Positions 10,813-20,120 of a stretch of 64,000 nt of DNA are shown piece by piece. The stretch is from Bacilli bacterium (GTDB lineage: Bacteria; Bacillota_I; Bacilli_A; RFN20; UBA1709), in NCBI GenBank assembly GCA_050949315.1, contig JBMNFL010000001.1, positions 384,001 to 448,000 of the forward strand, read 5' to 3'. Made by a program: the position numbers and the translations under genes. Within the stretch, counting starts at the first letter, position 1, and each line of letters starts with the position of its first letter. The notes under the pieces were generated by a model. That model saw only the letters and a program-made list of their open reading frames with translations, made no database searches and had not been told where the DNA came from.

Positions 10813-11491
10813 ATTAGTCTTAGTTCGCCATGGTCAAAGCACCTGGAATTTTGAAAATCGCTTCACGGGTTGGACCGATGTTGGTCTAACCAAAAAAGGT
10901 GAAGAAGAAGCGGATGAGGCTGGAGAAATTCTCCTTAAAAACGGGTACATTTTTGATATCGCCTATACCTCACTACTCAAAAGGGCAAAGATTACTTTAA
11001 CTAGAATTTTAAAGGTTTTAAAACAAAAACCTAACATCTATTGTTCTTGGCGTTTAAATGAACGGCACTATGGAGCCTTACAGGGCTTAAACAAAAAAGA
11101 AACGATTTTAAAATACGGTAGTGAACAAGTGCGCTTGTGGCGTAGGAGTGCGGAAGTTCGCCCACCAGCTCTAAGTTTAGAAGATGCGCGTCATCCCTCA
11201 AATAGTCCACTTTATAAGGATCTTGATAAAGACTTATTACCCTGCACTGAGAATTTATTAGATACCGCTAAACGTGTCCTCCCTTACTGGGATTTGGAAA
11301 TAAAACCCCACTTATTAGATGGCAAAAGAATTATCATTGTCGCTCATGGCAATAGTTTAAGAGCCCTAGTCATGCATCTAGAGAAACTCGATTCTAAAAA
11401 GATAATGGAAGTCGAGATCCCTACTGGTAAACCCTTGGTCTATGAACTGGATGAAAAACTAGCCGTTCTTAAAAAATATTATCTTAGTTAG
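10805..11491 (+). CDS. gpmA: 2,3-bisphosphoglycerate-dependent phosphoglycerate mutase
   Basis: LVRHGQSTWN, RLNERHYGALQG, AHGNSLRAL, IPTG. Confidence 0.97.
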   Translation: MIKLVLVRHGQSTWNFENRFTGWTDVGLTKKGEEEADEAGEILLKNGYIFDIAYTSLLKRAKITLTRILKVLKQKPNIYCSWRLNERHYGALQGLNKKETILKYGSEQVRLWRRSAEVRPPALSLEDARHPSNSPLYKDLDKDLLPCTENLLDTAKRVLPYWDLEIKPHLLDGKRIIIVAHGNSLRALVMHLEKLDSKKIMEVEIPTGKPLVYELDEKLAVLKKYYLS

Positions 11492-11515
11492 AAGTCACTC
11501 CGGTGACTTTTTTTT
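11491..11515 (+). terminator. Intrinsic terminator after gpmA
   Basis: AAGTCAC-TCCG-GTGACTT followed by a long T-run. Confidence 0.85.
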
Positions 11516-11534
11516 AGAACTTTTTCAAAAAAGA

Positions 11535-11607
11535 TTGACAGGCTGTCTAATTGTTTTTATAATGCATATGTTTAGATATACTAAACTTGGAGTTTAATAT
11601 TATTAAC
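11535..11607 (+). promoter_or_regulatory. Consensus sigma-A promoter of the pot operon with a downstream palindromic operator
   Basis: TTGACA (11535)-17 bp-TATAAT (11558); inverted repeat GTTTAG-N5-CTAAAC at 11570-11586 and a degenerate copy 22 bp downstream. Confidence 0.8.
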
Positions 11608-11631
11608 TCTGTTAAATAAAGGAGGTTGATT

Positions 11632-12165
11632 ATGAAAATCGGACCAAAACTTAAAGAACTACGCTTACTGTGTAAGCTCACCCAGGCAGAACTTGCCGAT
11701 CGCTGTGAACTCACTAAGGGCTACATTTCACAGTTAGAAAATGATTTGACTAGCCCCTCAATCTCCACCCTAACCGATATCTTAATAACCCTAGGGACGA
11801 ACTTACGGGAATTCTTTGCCGAAGAAGAAGTAGAACCCGTAGTTTTTAGAAAACAGGACTACTTTGAAAAGGAAAACGATGGTCATAAAATAACTTGGCT
11901 AATCCCCAGTAGTCAAAAAAACGAAATGGAACCTATTATGCTAGAACTAGCGCCTGGCATGACAACTGTCTTAGACATGCCCCATGAAGGTCAAGAATTT
12001 GGTTATGTTTTAGAAGGTAAAATTCAATTATTTATCAATAAAAATCGTTATATTGTGAAAAAAGGTGAATCTTTTTATTACAGTACCGATAAACCCCATT
12101 ATCTAAAGAATCATGGTGACAAAGTGGCTAAGGTCCTTTGGATTTCTAGCCCACCCAACTTTTAG
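11632..12165 (+). CDS. XRE-HTH plus cupin regulator of polyamine uptake (PuuR/PotR-like)
   Basis: LTQAELADRCELTKGYISQLENDLTSPSI HTH; PHEGQEFGYVLEG cupin; precedes potA. Confidence 0.88.
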   Translation: MKIGPKLKELRLLCKLTQAELADRCELTKGYISQLENDLTSPSISTLTDILITLGTNLREFFAEEEVEPVVFRKQDYFEKENDGHKITWLIPSSQKNEMEPIMLELAPGMTTVLDMPHEGQEFGYVLEGKIQLFINKNRYIVKKGESFYYSTDKPHYLKNHGDKVAKVLWISSPPNF

Positions 12166-12177
12166 GAGGCCAAAATC

Positions 12178-13689
12178 ATGAAAGAACCAATTATTATTGA
12201 ACTACGTAATGTTTCTAAAGTTTTCGGCGACATGACCGCGGTGGATGACATCAACTTAGCCATTAAAAAGGGAGAGTTTGTAACCCTTTTAGGGCCCTCG
12301 GGTTGTGGTAAGAGTACCACGCTACGCATGATTGCCGGTTTTGACATGCCTACTCAAGGTCAAATTTTCTTAAATGGGGAGGATATTACTAATCTACCCC
12401 CTTACCAAAGGCCCGTTAATACCGTTTTCCAACGCTACGCCCTTTTCCCCTATCTTGATGTCTATGATAATATCGCCTTTGGCTTAAAACTCAAGAAGAT
12501 TAAGGAAAAGGTTATCGACCGCCATGGTCAAGAAGTGGAAGTTACTCGCAAATTAACACAGGAAGAAATTGATGATAAGGTCACTAAAGCCTTAAAGATG
12601 GTGGATTTAGAAGAGTTTGAGTGGCGGGATATCGCCACCCTTTCTGGTGGTCAACAACAAAGGGTCGCTATCGCAAGAGCTATTGTCAATGAACCGGAAA
12701 TCCTCTTACTTGATGAGCCTTTAGGGGCTTTAGACTTAAAGATGCGCCAAGAGATGCAACTAGAACTCAAAGACATGCATAAAAAACTAGGTATTACCTT
12801 TATCTATGTTACCCACGATCAAGAAGAAGCTTTAACGATGTCGGATACCATAGTGGTTATGAAGGATGGGATGATTCAACAGATCGGTAGTCCCGTCGAT
12901 GTTTATAATGAACCCAAGAATGCCTTTGTGGCGGACTTTATTGGGGAATCAAATATCTATAATGCCACTTATCTAGGCGATAAAAAGGTGCGCTTTTTAG
13001 GTCAAGTTTTTACTTGTGTCGATGACTTTGAGAAAAACGAAAAAGTTGATGTTGTCATACGACCTGAAGATATTCGTCTCTGTCCAGCCTCTGAGGGCAT
13101 GGTTGTTGGTAAGATAATCAGTAAGATCTTTAAAGGTGTGCATTATGAATACACCATGATGGTCGGTAAAAATGAAGTGATAATTCAGGATACTCGTGAT
13201 ATCCCTGAAATGGATAAAATCGGTATTACTATCGCTCCTGATATGATACATATCATGAAGAAGGTTATCACAGAGAATATTTATCTAGGTCATATTGATA
13301 AAAACAATAATGTTTGCTTCGCAAACGGGGTTTTTGAAGCCGATATCACTCAATTACTGCAAGACTCAAGGGTGGACGAGGATGGCTATTTAGTTGACGC
13401 TAAAGGCCTAAAATACGACCTAACTGATGTCGATGTTCAAGTCAGCATTGACTTGAATGCAATTGATATTATTGATAATGAAGAAGATGGCGAGGTAGCG
13501 GGAGAAATCGTCAGTATCATCTATAAGGGTGACCATTATCAAGTTATCGTTCGCACTAGCGATGAAGAAGACTTTGTCGTGGACACAGAATATAGCTGGA
13601 ATGAACATGACCGTGTCAGTGTCAATATTGCTAAAAAAGACATCCGGCTAAAATTAAAAGGCGATATCAAGGACCATGTCAAAGCTTAG
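12178..13689 (+). CDS. potA: Spermidine/putrescine ABC transporter ATPase with an extended C-terminus
   Basis: [40 protein letters not shown]. Confidence 0.93.
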   Translation: MKEPIIIELRNVSKVFGDMTAVDDINLAIKKGEFVTLLGPSGCGKSTTLRMIAGFDMPTQGQIFLNGEDITNLPPYQRPVNTVFQRYALFPYLDVYDNIAFGLKLKKIKEKVIDRHGQEVEVTRKLTQEEIDDKVTKALKMVDLEEFEWRDIATLSGGQQQRVAIARAIVNEPEILLLDEPLGALDLKMRQEMQLELKDMHKKLGITFIYVTHDQEEALTMSDTIVVMKDGMIQQIGSPVDVYNEPKNAFVADFIGESNIYNATYLGDKKVRFLGQVFTCVDDFEKNEKVDVVIRPEDIRLCPASEGMVVGKIISKIFKGVHYEYTMMVGKNEVIIQDTRDIPEMDKIGITIAPDMIHIMKKVITENIYLGHIDKNNNVCFANGVFEADITQLLQDSRVDEDGYLVDAKGLKYDLTDVDVQVSIDLNAIDIIDNEEDGEVAGEIVSIIYKGDHYQVIVRTSDEEDFVVDTEYSWNEHDRVSVNIAKKDIRLKLKGDIKDHVKA

Positions 13690-14479
13690 TTTTCGCTTCT
13701 CCCGCAAGTATTTAGCCATACCCTATGCTGTCTTCCTCTTATGCTTTATCATTGTACCCCTACTTTTAATTATCTATTATGCCTTTACTAATGGGGGTGG
13801 GGAATTTAGTCTTAATAATCTCAATAAATTCTTTACCGACCCCACTAAACTCAATGTCTTATTTGTCAGCTTATTAATCGGCTTTATGAATACGGCCATC
13901 TGTTTGATTATTGGTTATCCTCTAGCCTACTTCTTAGCCAGTAAAAGATACAATATCAACAAGATCATGGTCTTGCTTTTCATCATGCCGATGTGGATCA
14001 ACTTTGTCTTAAGAACTGGGGCCACTAGGGATCTATTAGTTTGGATTGGTCTAGGTGGTGGACACTATCCTATCTTAGCCACCATGATCGGTATGGCTTA
14101 TAACTACTTACCCTTTGTCATCTTACCCCTTTATACAACTATGTTAAAAATGGATCAAAGTTTAATTGAGGCCGCCAGTGATTTAGGGGCGACACCCAAG
14201 CAAGTTTTCTTTAAAACGGTAGTGCCCTTATCTTCTCCTGGTATTGTCAGTGCGGCAACCATGGTCTTTATGCCGACGATGTCTTCTTATGTCATAAGCG
14301 ATGTCTTATCAGAAGGTCAGATAATCCTCTTTGGTAACTCTATCTACTTAAACTTTTCCCAGGGTCAATGGAATGATGGTTCCTTTATGGCCTTTGTCTT
14401 ACTAGTGATTATTCTAGTCAGCATGTTATTTACTAAGAATGTCAAAAAAGATGAGGATGCGAGGGGATCAATATGGTAA
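13676..14479 (+). CDS. potB: Spermidine/putrescine ABC permease
   Basis: [23 protein letters not shown] loop; operon order. Confidence 0.92.
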   Translation: MSKLSFRFSRKYLAIPYAVFLLCFIIVPLLLIIYYAFTNGGGEFSLNNLNKFFTDPTKLNVLFVSLLIGFMNTAICLIIGYPLAYFLASKRYNINKIMVLLFIMPMWINFVLRTGATRDLLVWIGLGGGHYPILATMIGMAYNYLPFVILPLYTTMLKMDQSLIEAASDLGATPKQVFFKTVVPLSSPGIVSAATMVFMPTMSSYVISDVLSEGQIILFGNSIYLNFSQGQWNDGSFMAFVLLVIILVSMLFTKNVKKDEDARGSIW

Positions 14480-15279
14480 AGAAAATTTTTGTCAAGAGTT
14501 ATGTTTGGCTCTTCTTGCTACTAATGTATCTTCCTATCTTCACTCTCATCGTCTTTAGTTTTACTGAAGCGACCAACGTTGGTGATTGGACCGGCTTTAG
14601 TTTTGGCTTATATGCCAAGCTCTTTAAAGACCAAGAGACGATGGTGGCTCTTAGTAACACGGTATTGATCGCCGTGGTCTCAGCGGTAGTTTCAACCATC
14701 CTTGGTACCCTTGGAGCTATTGGCATCTTCTATTCTAAGAAACGGGCGAAGAATGCCTTAGAGTTAGTAGGACAAATACCGGTGGTTAATCCAGAGATTG
14801 TCATCGCCTTATCCTTAACAATTCTCTTTGTCTTTTTAGGAATTAGGTTTAACTTTCTAACCCTCTTAATCGGTCATGTGGTTTTAACTTTACCCTTTGT
14901 GGTCTTAAGTGTTAGACCGAAATTAATGCAGATGGATCCTAATATCTATGAGGCGGCTTTAGATTTAGGGGCTAGTCCTATCTATGCCTTAAGAAAAGTC
15001 ATTGTCCCCGAAATCTTACCTGGCATCTTCTCAGGCTTTCTATTAGCCATCACTTTATCACTTGATGACTTTATCATTACCGCCTTTACCCGTAATAACT
15101 CTTTCCAAACCTTAAGTACCTTAGTCCAAACTAAAATTAAGAAGGGACCAATTCCTTCTCAATTACGAGCCTTAACTACCATCATCTTCCTTTTAGCCTT
15201 AGTGGTGGTTATTGTTACTAATCTCAATCTTCGCCGACAAAGTGCGAAAATAAGGAGGCAGCAAAAAAATGAAGTTTAA
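14473..15279 (+). CDS. potC: Spermidine/putrescine ABC permease
   Basis: YLPI..FSF, EAALDLGA, SLDDFII. Confidence 0.92.
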   Translation: MVKKIFVKSYVWLFLLLMYLPIFTLIVFSFTEATNVGDWTGFSFGLYAKLFKDQETMVALSNTVLIAVVSAVVSTILGTLGAIGIFYSKKRAKNALELVGQIPVVNPEIVIALSLTILFVFLGIRFNFLTLLIGHVVLTLPFVVLSVRPKLMQMDPNIYEAALDLGASPIYALRKVIVPEILPGIFSGFLLAITLSLDDFIITAFTRNNSFQTLSTLVQTKIKKGPIPSQLRALTTIIFLLALVVVIVTNLNLRRQSAKIRRQQKNEV

Positions 15280-16741
15280 AAAAATCCTTACTTTTATTCT
15301 GAGTTCAACTCTCATCGCAAGCTTTAGTCTAAGCTTAACTAAGAAAGAACAAAAACTTTATGCGGAAAACCCTAAAGAAGTTTTAAAAGTCTATAACTGG
15401 GCCGACTACATCTATGATGGTAGCGATCCTCTTTTTGACGATGATGAAAAGGAAATCCCGGGTATTATCGAACAGTTTGAAGCATATTATGCTGAAAAGT
15501 ATCCAGGCAGAACAGTCAGTGTTGAATACGATACCTTTGATACTAACGAAGTGATGTTAAATGAAATTAAAACGGGTAAAACTCAGTATGATTTAATCTG
15601 CCCCAGTGACTATATCATTCAAAGATTAATGGTTGAGGATATGCTTGAAGAAATCGATTTAACTAAAATTCCTAACTATACCCAATATGCCTCTAAGTAT
15701 CTACAGAATTTATTTATCAAGAATGAGTGGGATAAATATGCCTGTGGCTATATGTGGGGGACCGTAGGTCTAACCTATAACCCCGCAACCGTTGATGAAG
15801 AGGATATGAAGACTTGGACCTCTTTATGGTCGGTTGATTATAACAAAAAGATTTTAATTAAAGATAGTTTAAGAGAGACCTATATGGTGGGGGTTATGAA
15901 GGTCTATCGTGGCGAACTCAATAAGGCCAGAGCTAAGTATCAAACTGGTGAATTAAGTGCAGCTGAATACAATGCCATCTTAACCGAGATCTTTAATCGT
16001 CACGATAAAGATACCCTTGAAAAGGTCCAGAAAACCTTAACTAATCTTAAAAAGAATATCTATGGCTTTGAAGTCGATAGTGGCAAGAATGATATTGTCA
16101 CCGGTAAAGTAGATATCAATTTGGCTTGGTCAGGCGATGCCGTCTTTTCGATGGATACCGCTGAAGAAGAAGATGGGGTCTTACTTAATTACTCGGTACC
16201 TGAAGAAGGTAGCAACATCTGGTTTGATGGTTGGTGCTTACCAAAGGGTGCTAAAAAGGAACTAGCCTATGAATTTTTAAACTTTATCTCCCAACCCAGT
16301 ATCGCCTGTCTTAATATGAGCTATATTGGTTATACAAGTTTCATCGCTGGTGATGAGGTCTTAGATATGGTCTGGGATTGGTATGGCGATGAAGAAGGTG
16401 AATATACTGCCGACTTAACTTATTTCTTTGAAAATACTCTTAGTGGGACCTATGATACCAGCAGGATGTTAGTTAAAACTGACACTGTTGGGCGGCAATT
16501 TACGGCCCAATACCCTACCCTAGATATCATCAATAACTGTGCCATCATGGAAGACTTTGGTGAGGGAAATGAAAATGTGGTGGCCATGTGGGAGGCCATA
16601 AGAGCTAATGAAGTTCCCATTTGGTTAATCATTGTAGTCTGTGGTGTTGTGGTTTTAGGAGCAGCGGGTTACGCTTATTATAAATATAGTAAAACCAGAA
16701 ATAGACGGCGTAGAAGAAAGGCAAGCCTTAAGCGCAGTTAA
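15269..16741 (+). CDS. potD: Polyamine-binding protein with a C-terminal membrane anchor
   Basis: LKVYNWADYI, YDLICPSDY, YMWGTVG, WSGDA, PEEGSNIWFDGW. Confidence 0.88.
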   Translation: MKFKKILTFILSSTLIASFSLSLTKKEQKLYAENPKEVLKVYNWADYIYDGSDPLFDDDEKEIPGIIEQFEAYYAEKYPGRTVSVEYDTFDTNEVMLNEIKTGKTQYDLICPSDYIIQRLMVEDMLEEIDLTKIPNYTQYASKYLQNLFIKNEWDKYACGYMWGTVGLTYNPATVDEEDMKTWTSLWSVDYNKKILIKDSLRETYMVGVMKVYRGELNKARAKYQTGELSAAEYNAILTEIFNRHDKDTLEKVQKTLTNLKKNIYGFEVDSGKNDIVTGKVDINLAWSGDAVFSMDTAEEEDGVLLNYSVPEEGSNIWFDGWCLPKGAKKELAYEFLNFISQPSIACLNMSYIGYTSFIAGDEVLDMVWDWYGDEEGEYTADLTYFFENTLSGTYDTSRMLVKTDTVGRQFTAQYPTLDIINNCAIMEDFGEGNENVVAMWEAIRANEVPIWLIIVVCGVVVLGAAGYAYYKYSKTRNRRRRRKASLKRS

Positions 16742-16743
16742 AT

Positions 16744-17874
16744 ATGAAGAGCTTAAAGATCGGTATCTTTACTGATAGTTTTTATCCTAGCGTTGGTGGT
16801 ACGGAAACCGTCGTGCAAAAGTTAGCCAGCCAACTTGCGAAAACTAACGAGGTTACTGTCTTTTGTCCTGCCTCAAAAAAGGCCGATGACCAAAACTTTA
16901 ACTTTAAGATAGTAAGAGCTAAGGCTACTGCCTTAAGCGAAAACGATCTTTATGCTTTACCTGGTCTTGATTCTAAGTTTAAAAAGAAACTCCAAGACAG
17001 CGATTTAGATATTATTCATTGTCATACGGTATCTAAAATGGCGGGGGTGGGTATTAAACTTGCTAAGAAAAGAAATATCCCCTGTGTTGCTACCATCCAT
17101 ACGAAATTTAAAACCTGTTACAAATCTGTCTCTCATAGTAATCTAATCGCCAATATCATGACTAAAAACCTAGTAAGACTTATCAATAAGGCTAGTCTTG
17201 TGACAACCGTCTCACATAATATGAAAGAAGAACTTGAAGGCTATGGCTATAAAAAAGAAATCAAAATCATCAATAATGGGATTGATATAGAAAAAATAAT
17301 AAACACCCAAAAAAATAAGCAAGCCTTAACTAAACCTCTTTTAATCTATGTTGGGCGGATTGAAAAATATAAAAATTTAGATTTTAGTTTAAAAGCCCTA
17401 AAAATCCTTAAGGAACAAGAAATGCCCTTTGAATTTTGGTTAGTAGGAAGAGGAAGTAAAGAAAAACATTATCAAAAACTGATAAATAAACTTGGTTTAC
17501 AAGATAGATGCTTTTTAAAAGGCTTAATGAAACAAGATGAACTAAGAAAGCTTTTTAAGCAAGCGACTTTACAACTCTTTCCTTCAACCTTTGATAGTGA
17601 TGGTTTAAGTGTTTCAGAGGCTATGGCCTATGGTACTCCATCACTCGTCCTGAAAAACACTGGAGCCAGTGAAAAAATTATTGATGGTGAAAATGGCTTT
17701 ACTGCCGAGAATGATATTAATGCATATGCTAAACGAATCAGCGAGATTTTAAGCAATGAAAATCTGCTGAATAATATTAAAAACCACAAGTTAAAAACTT
17801 GGGAAGAAATCGCTAACGAATATTTAAATCTCTACCATAATTTGCTCTCTAACAAGCTATCAACCATAGACTGA
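16744..17874 (+). CDS. GT4 glycosyltransferase, possibly a glycolipid synthase
   Basis: IGIFTDSFYPSVGG, YVGRIEKYKNL, EAMAYGTP. Confidence 0.8.
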   Translation: MKSLKIGIFTDSFYPSVGGTETVVQKLASQLAKTNEVTVFCPASKKADDQNFNFKIVRAKATALSENDLYALPGLDSKFKKKLQDSDLDIIHCHTVSKMAGVGIKLAKKRNIPCVATIHTKFKTCYKSVSHSNLIANIMTKNLVRLINKASLVTTVSHNMKEELEGYGYKKEIKIINNGIDIEKIINTQKNKQALTKPLLIYVGRIEKYKNLDFSLKALKILKEQEMPFEFWLVGRGSKEKHYQKLINKLGLQDRCFLKGLMKQDELRKLFKQATLQLFPSTFDSDGLSVSEAMAYGTPSLVLKNTGASEKIIDGENGFTAENDINAYAKRISEILSNENLLNNIKNHKLKTWEEIANEYLNLYHNLLSNKLSTID

Positions 17875-17890
17875 AATTCCGATATTTTTA

Positions 17891-17919
17891 TTGAAACAGA
17901 GCCTAATCTTTGTTATAAT
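17891..17919 (+). promoter_or_regulatory. Promoter of the tRNA cluster (P1)
   Basis: TTGAAA-17 bp-TATAAT with extended TG. Confidence 0.75.
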
Positions 17920-17931
17920 ATCCCTTGCCTT

Positions 17932-18005
17932 GGTTCCATAGCCAAGTGGTAAGGCAATTGACTGCAACTCAATGATCGCCAGTTCGAATCTGGTTGGAAC
18001 CTCCA
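17932..18005 (+). tRNA. tRNA-Cys(GCA)
   Basis: Cloverleaf; anticodon arm ATTGA-CTGCAAC-TCAAT; U73; encoded CCA. Confidence 0.95.
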
Positions 18006-18046
18006 TTCTTGTTGAATTAATTCAATAAATATCACACGATTATTTG

Positions 18047-18075
18047 TTGAATTTGGCTTGCGTCTTTGGTATGAT
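18047..18075 (+). promoter_or_regulatory. Second tRNA cluster promoter (P2)
   Basis: TTGAAT-17 bp-TATGAT with extended TG, just before tRNA-Arg. Confidence 0.65.
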
Positions 18076-18085
18076 GTTAAAGCAC

Positions 18086-18162
18086 GCGCCCATAGCTCAA
18101 CTGGATAGAGTGTTGGACTACGAATCCAAAGGTTGCGGGTTCGACTCCTGCTGGGCGCGCCA
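18086..18162 (+). tRNA. tRNA-Arg(ACG)
   Basis: Cloverleaf, loop CTACGAA, CCA end. Confidence 0.96.
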
Positions 18163-18177
18163 ATAACTAATCTTACC

Positions 18178-18254
18178 CGGGATGTAGCACAGCTTGGTAG
18201 TGCGCTTGGTTTGGGACCAAGATGTCGCAGGTTCAAATCCTGTCATCCCGACCA
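18178..18254 (+). tRNA. tRNA-Pro(TGG)
   Basis: Cloverleaf, loop TTTGGGA, CCA end. Confidence 0.96.
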
Positions 18255-18262
18255 CTCGTATT

Positions 18263-18338
18263 GGGGCTGTAGCTCACCCGGGAGAGCGTCTGCTTTGCAA
18301 GCAGAAGGTAGCGAGTTCGAGTCTCGTCAGCTCCACCA
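18263..18338 (+). tRNA. tRNA-Ala(TGC)
   Basis: GGGGCTG acceptor with G3:U70, loop TTTGCAA, CCA end. Confidence 0.96.
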
Positions 18339-18356
18339 AAAGCTTTCTAAATAAAT

Positions 18357-18433
18357 GGCGGTGTAGCTCAGTTGGCCAGAGCATTCGGTTCATACCCGGA
18401 CGGTCGTGGGTTCGACTCCCACTGCCGCCACCA
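18357..18433 (+). tRNA. tRNA-Met(CAT), elongator
   Basis: GGCGGTG acceptor, loop TTCATAC, CCA end. Confidence 0.92.
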
Positions 18434-18466
18434 TTACTTAGAAAATAGTTGTTTTTTGAATGAATC

Positions 18467-18542
18467 GGACCCTTAGCTCAATGGTTAGAGCTTCCGGCTC
18501 ATAACCGGCTGGTTGTAGGTTCGAGTCCTGCAGGGTCCACCA
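18467..18542 (+). tRNA. tRNA-Ile2(CAT, lysidine type)
   Basis: GGACCCT acceptor, loop CTCATAA; position in the conserved Met-Ile-Ser-fMet order. Confidence 0.85.
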
Positions 18543-18556
18543 ACTTAACTTCTTTT

Positions 18557-18647
18557 GGAGGCGTACCCAAGCGGTTGAAGGGACCGGTCTTGAAAACCGG
18601 AAGTAGTGTCAAAGCTAGCAAGAGTTCGAATCTCTTCGCCTCCGCCA
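18557..18647 (+). tRNA. tRNA-Ser(TGA)
   Basis: Long variable arm, loop CTTGAAA, G73, CCA end. Confidence 0.95.
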
Positions 18648-18673
18648 TTAGACACTAAAATTTAATTGCATAT

Positions 18674-18750
<77 letters not shown>

Positions 18751-18751
18751 T

Positions 18752-18827
18752 GGTCTTGTGGTGTAGTGGCTAACATGTCTCCCTGTCACGGAGAAGATCG
18801 CGGGTTCGATCCCCGTCAAGACCGCCA
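18752..18827 (+). tRNA. tRNA-Asp(GTC)
   Basis: Loop CTGTCAC, G73, CCA end. Confidence 0.95.
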
Positions 18828-18839
18828 TCTTTGCTTAAT

Positions 18840-18915
<76 letters not shown>

Positions 18916-18925
18916 GCAAACATAA

Positions 18926-18960
18926 AGAAAGCGTAGTAAATTACCACGCTTTTTTGTTTT
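18926..18960 (+). terminator. Terminator of the tRNA operon
   Basis: AAAGCGT..ACGCTTT hairpin followed by a T-run. Confidence 0.75.
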
Positions 18961-18975
18961 TATTACTTTAAAAAT

Positions 18976-19001
18976 AAAATCCCGATTACTTATCGGGATT
19001 T
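18976..19001 (-). terminator. Terminator after galE
   Basis: AAATCCCGAT-N5-ATCGGGATTT hairpin with a T-run on the minus strand. Confidence 0.7.
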
Positions 19002-19005
19002 ATAC

Positions 19006-20022
19006 TTATTCATAACCTTTAGGATTCTTCTTTTGCCAGTTCCAAGCATCTCTTACCATATCTTTGATATTATAACGGGCTTGCCAGCCTAAGAGTTTAT
19101 TAGCCTTACTAGCATCAGCATAGCAGGTGGCAATATCACCCGGCCTTCTTTCAGTTATAACATAAGGAATCTTAACTTTATTTTCTTCTTCAAAGGCTTT
19201 AACTATCTCTAAAACAGAATAGCCTCTACCCGTTCCTAGATTAAAAACATCTAAACCAGGGTGCTTGATAACATAGTCAAGTGCTTTTAAGTGACCATCT
19301 GCCAAATCAACTACATGAATGTAATCTCTAACTCCTGTCCCATCCTTAGTTGGATAATCATTACCATAGACATTTAAAAATGGGCGTAAGCCAACGGCAA
19401 CTTGACTGATATAGGGCATAAGGTTATTAGGAATACCATTAGGATCTTCACCAATAAGACCACTCTTATGAGCACCTACTGGATTAAAGTAACGGAGCAA
19501 GATGGCATGGAAATTAGGATGGGCAGTGCAATAATCAGTGATTATCTGTTCAATCATTAACTTAGTCCATCCATAAGGATTAGAACAAGGGCCAACTTGA
19601 GAGGTCTCAAAAAGCGGTAAAACTTCAGCCTTACCATAAACAGTGGCACTAGAACTGAAAATCAGATTATTAACTTTATGTTCTTCCATTACTTCTAATA
19701 GAGTAATTAAAGAATCCAAGTTATTACGATAATATTTTAAGGGTTTTTCTACCGATTCACCAACCGCCTTAAAACCCGCAAAATGGACTACTGCTTTAAT
19801 GTTTTCCTCTTTAAAAAACAAGTTGTCCAATTGCTTTTTATCCTTGACATCAATTTGATAAAACTTGAAATCCTTATTGCTAATTTGTTTTAAGCGCTCT
19901 AAAACTATGGGCTTGCTATTAGACAAATCATCAGCAATAACAACTTCATAATTACTGGCAAGGAAAGCTAAGGCTGTATGAGAACCAATATAGCCCGCGC
20001 CACCCGTTAATAAAACTTTCAT
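19006..20022 (-). CDS. galE: UDP-glucose 4-epimerase
   Basis: TGGAGYIGSHT, KAVGES, FSSSATVYG, YGWTK, PNNLMPY, GVRDYIHV. Confidence 0.97.
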   Translation of the reverse strand: MKVLLTGGAGYIGSHTALAFLASNYEVVIADDLSNSKPIVLERLKQISNKDFKFYQIDVKDKKQLDNLFFKEENIKAVVHFAGFKAVGESVEKPLKYYRNNLDSLITLLEVMEEHKVNNLIFSSSATVYGKAEVLPLFETSQVGPCSNPYGWTKLMIEQIITDYCTAHPNFHAILLRYFNPVGAHKSGLIGEDPNGIPNNLMPYISQVAVGLRPFLNVYGNDYPTKDGTGVRDYIHVVDLADGHLKALDYVIKHPGLDVFNLGTGRGYSVLEIVKAFEEENKVKIPYVITERRPGDIATCYADASKANKLLGWQARYNIKDMVRDAWNWQKKNPKGYE

Positions 20023-20120
20023 AATTTTCGACCTCCATTACGTTAATAATTATATTCAAAAAACTAGTTAGTGAATTAAAGGAAGTTTCATAATTTCCTT
20101 ATTAATAATTTAATATTTTT

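Noticed and set aside
17913-18448. ORFs of 107, 73 and 84 aa over the tRNA cluster
   Set aside because: Shadow ORFs overlapping clear tRNA genes
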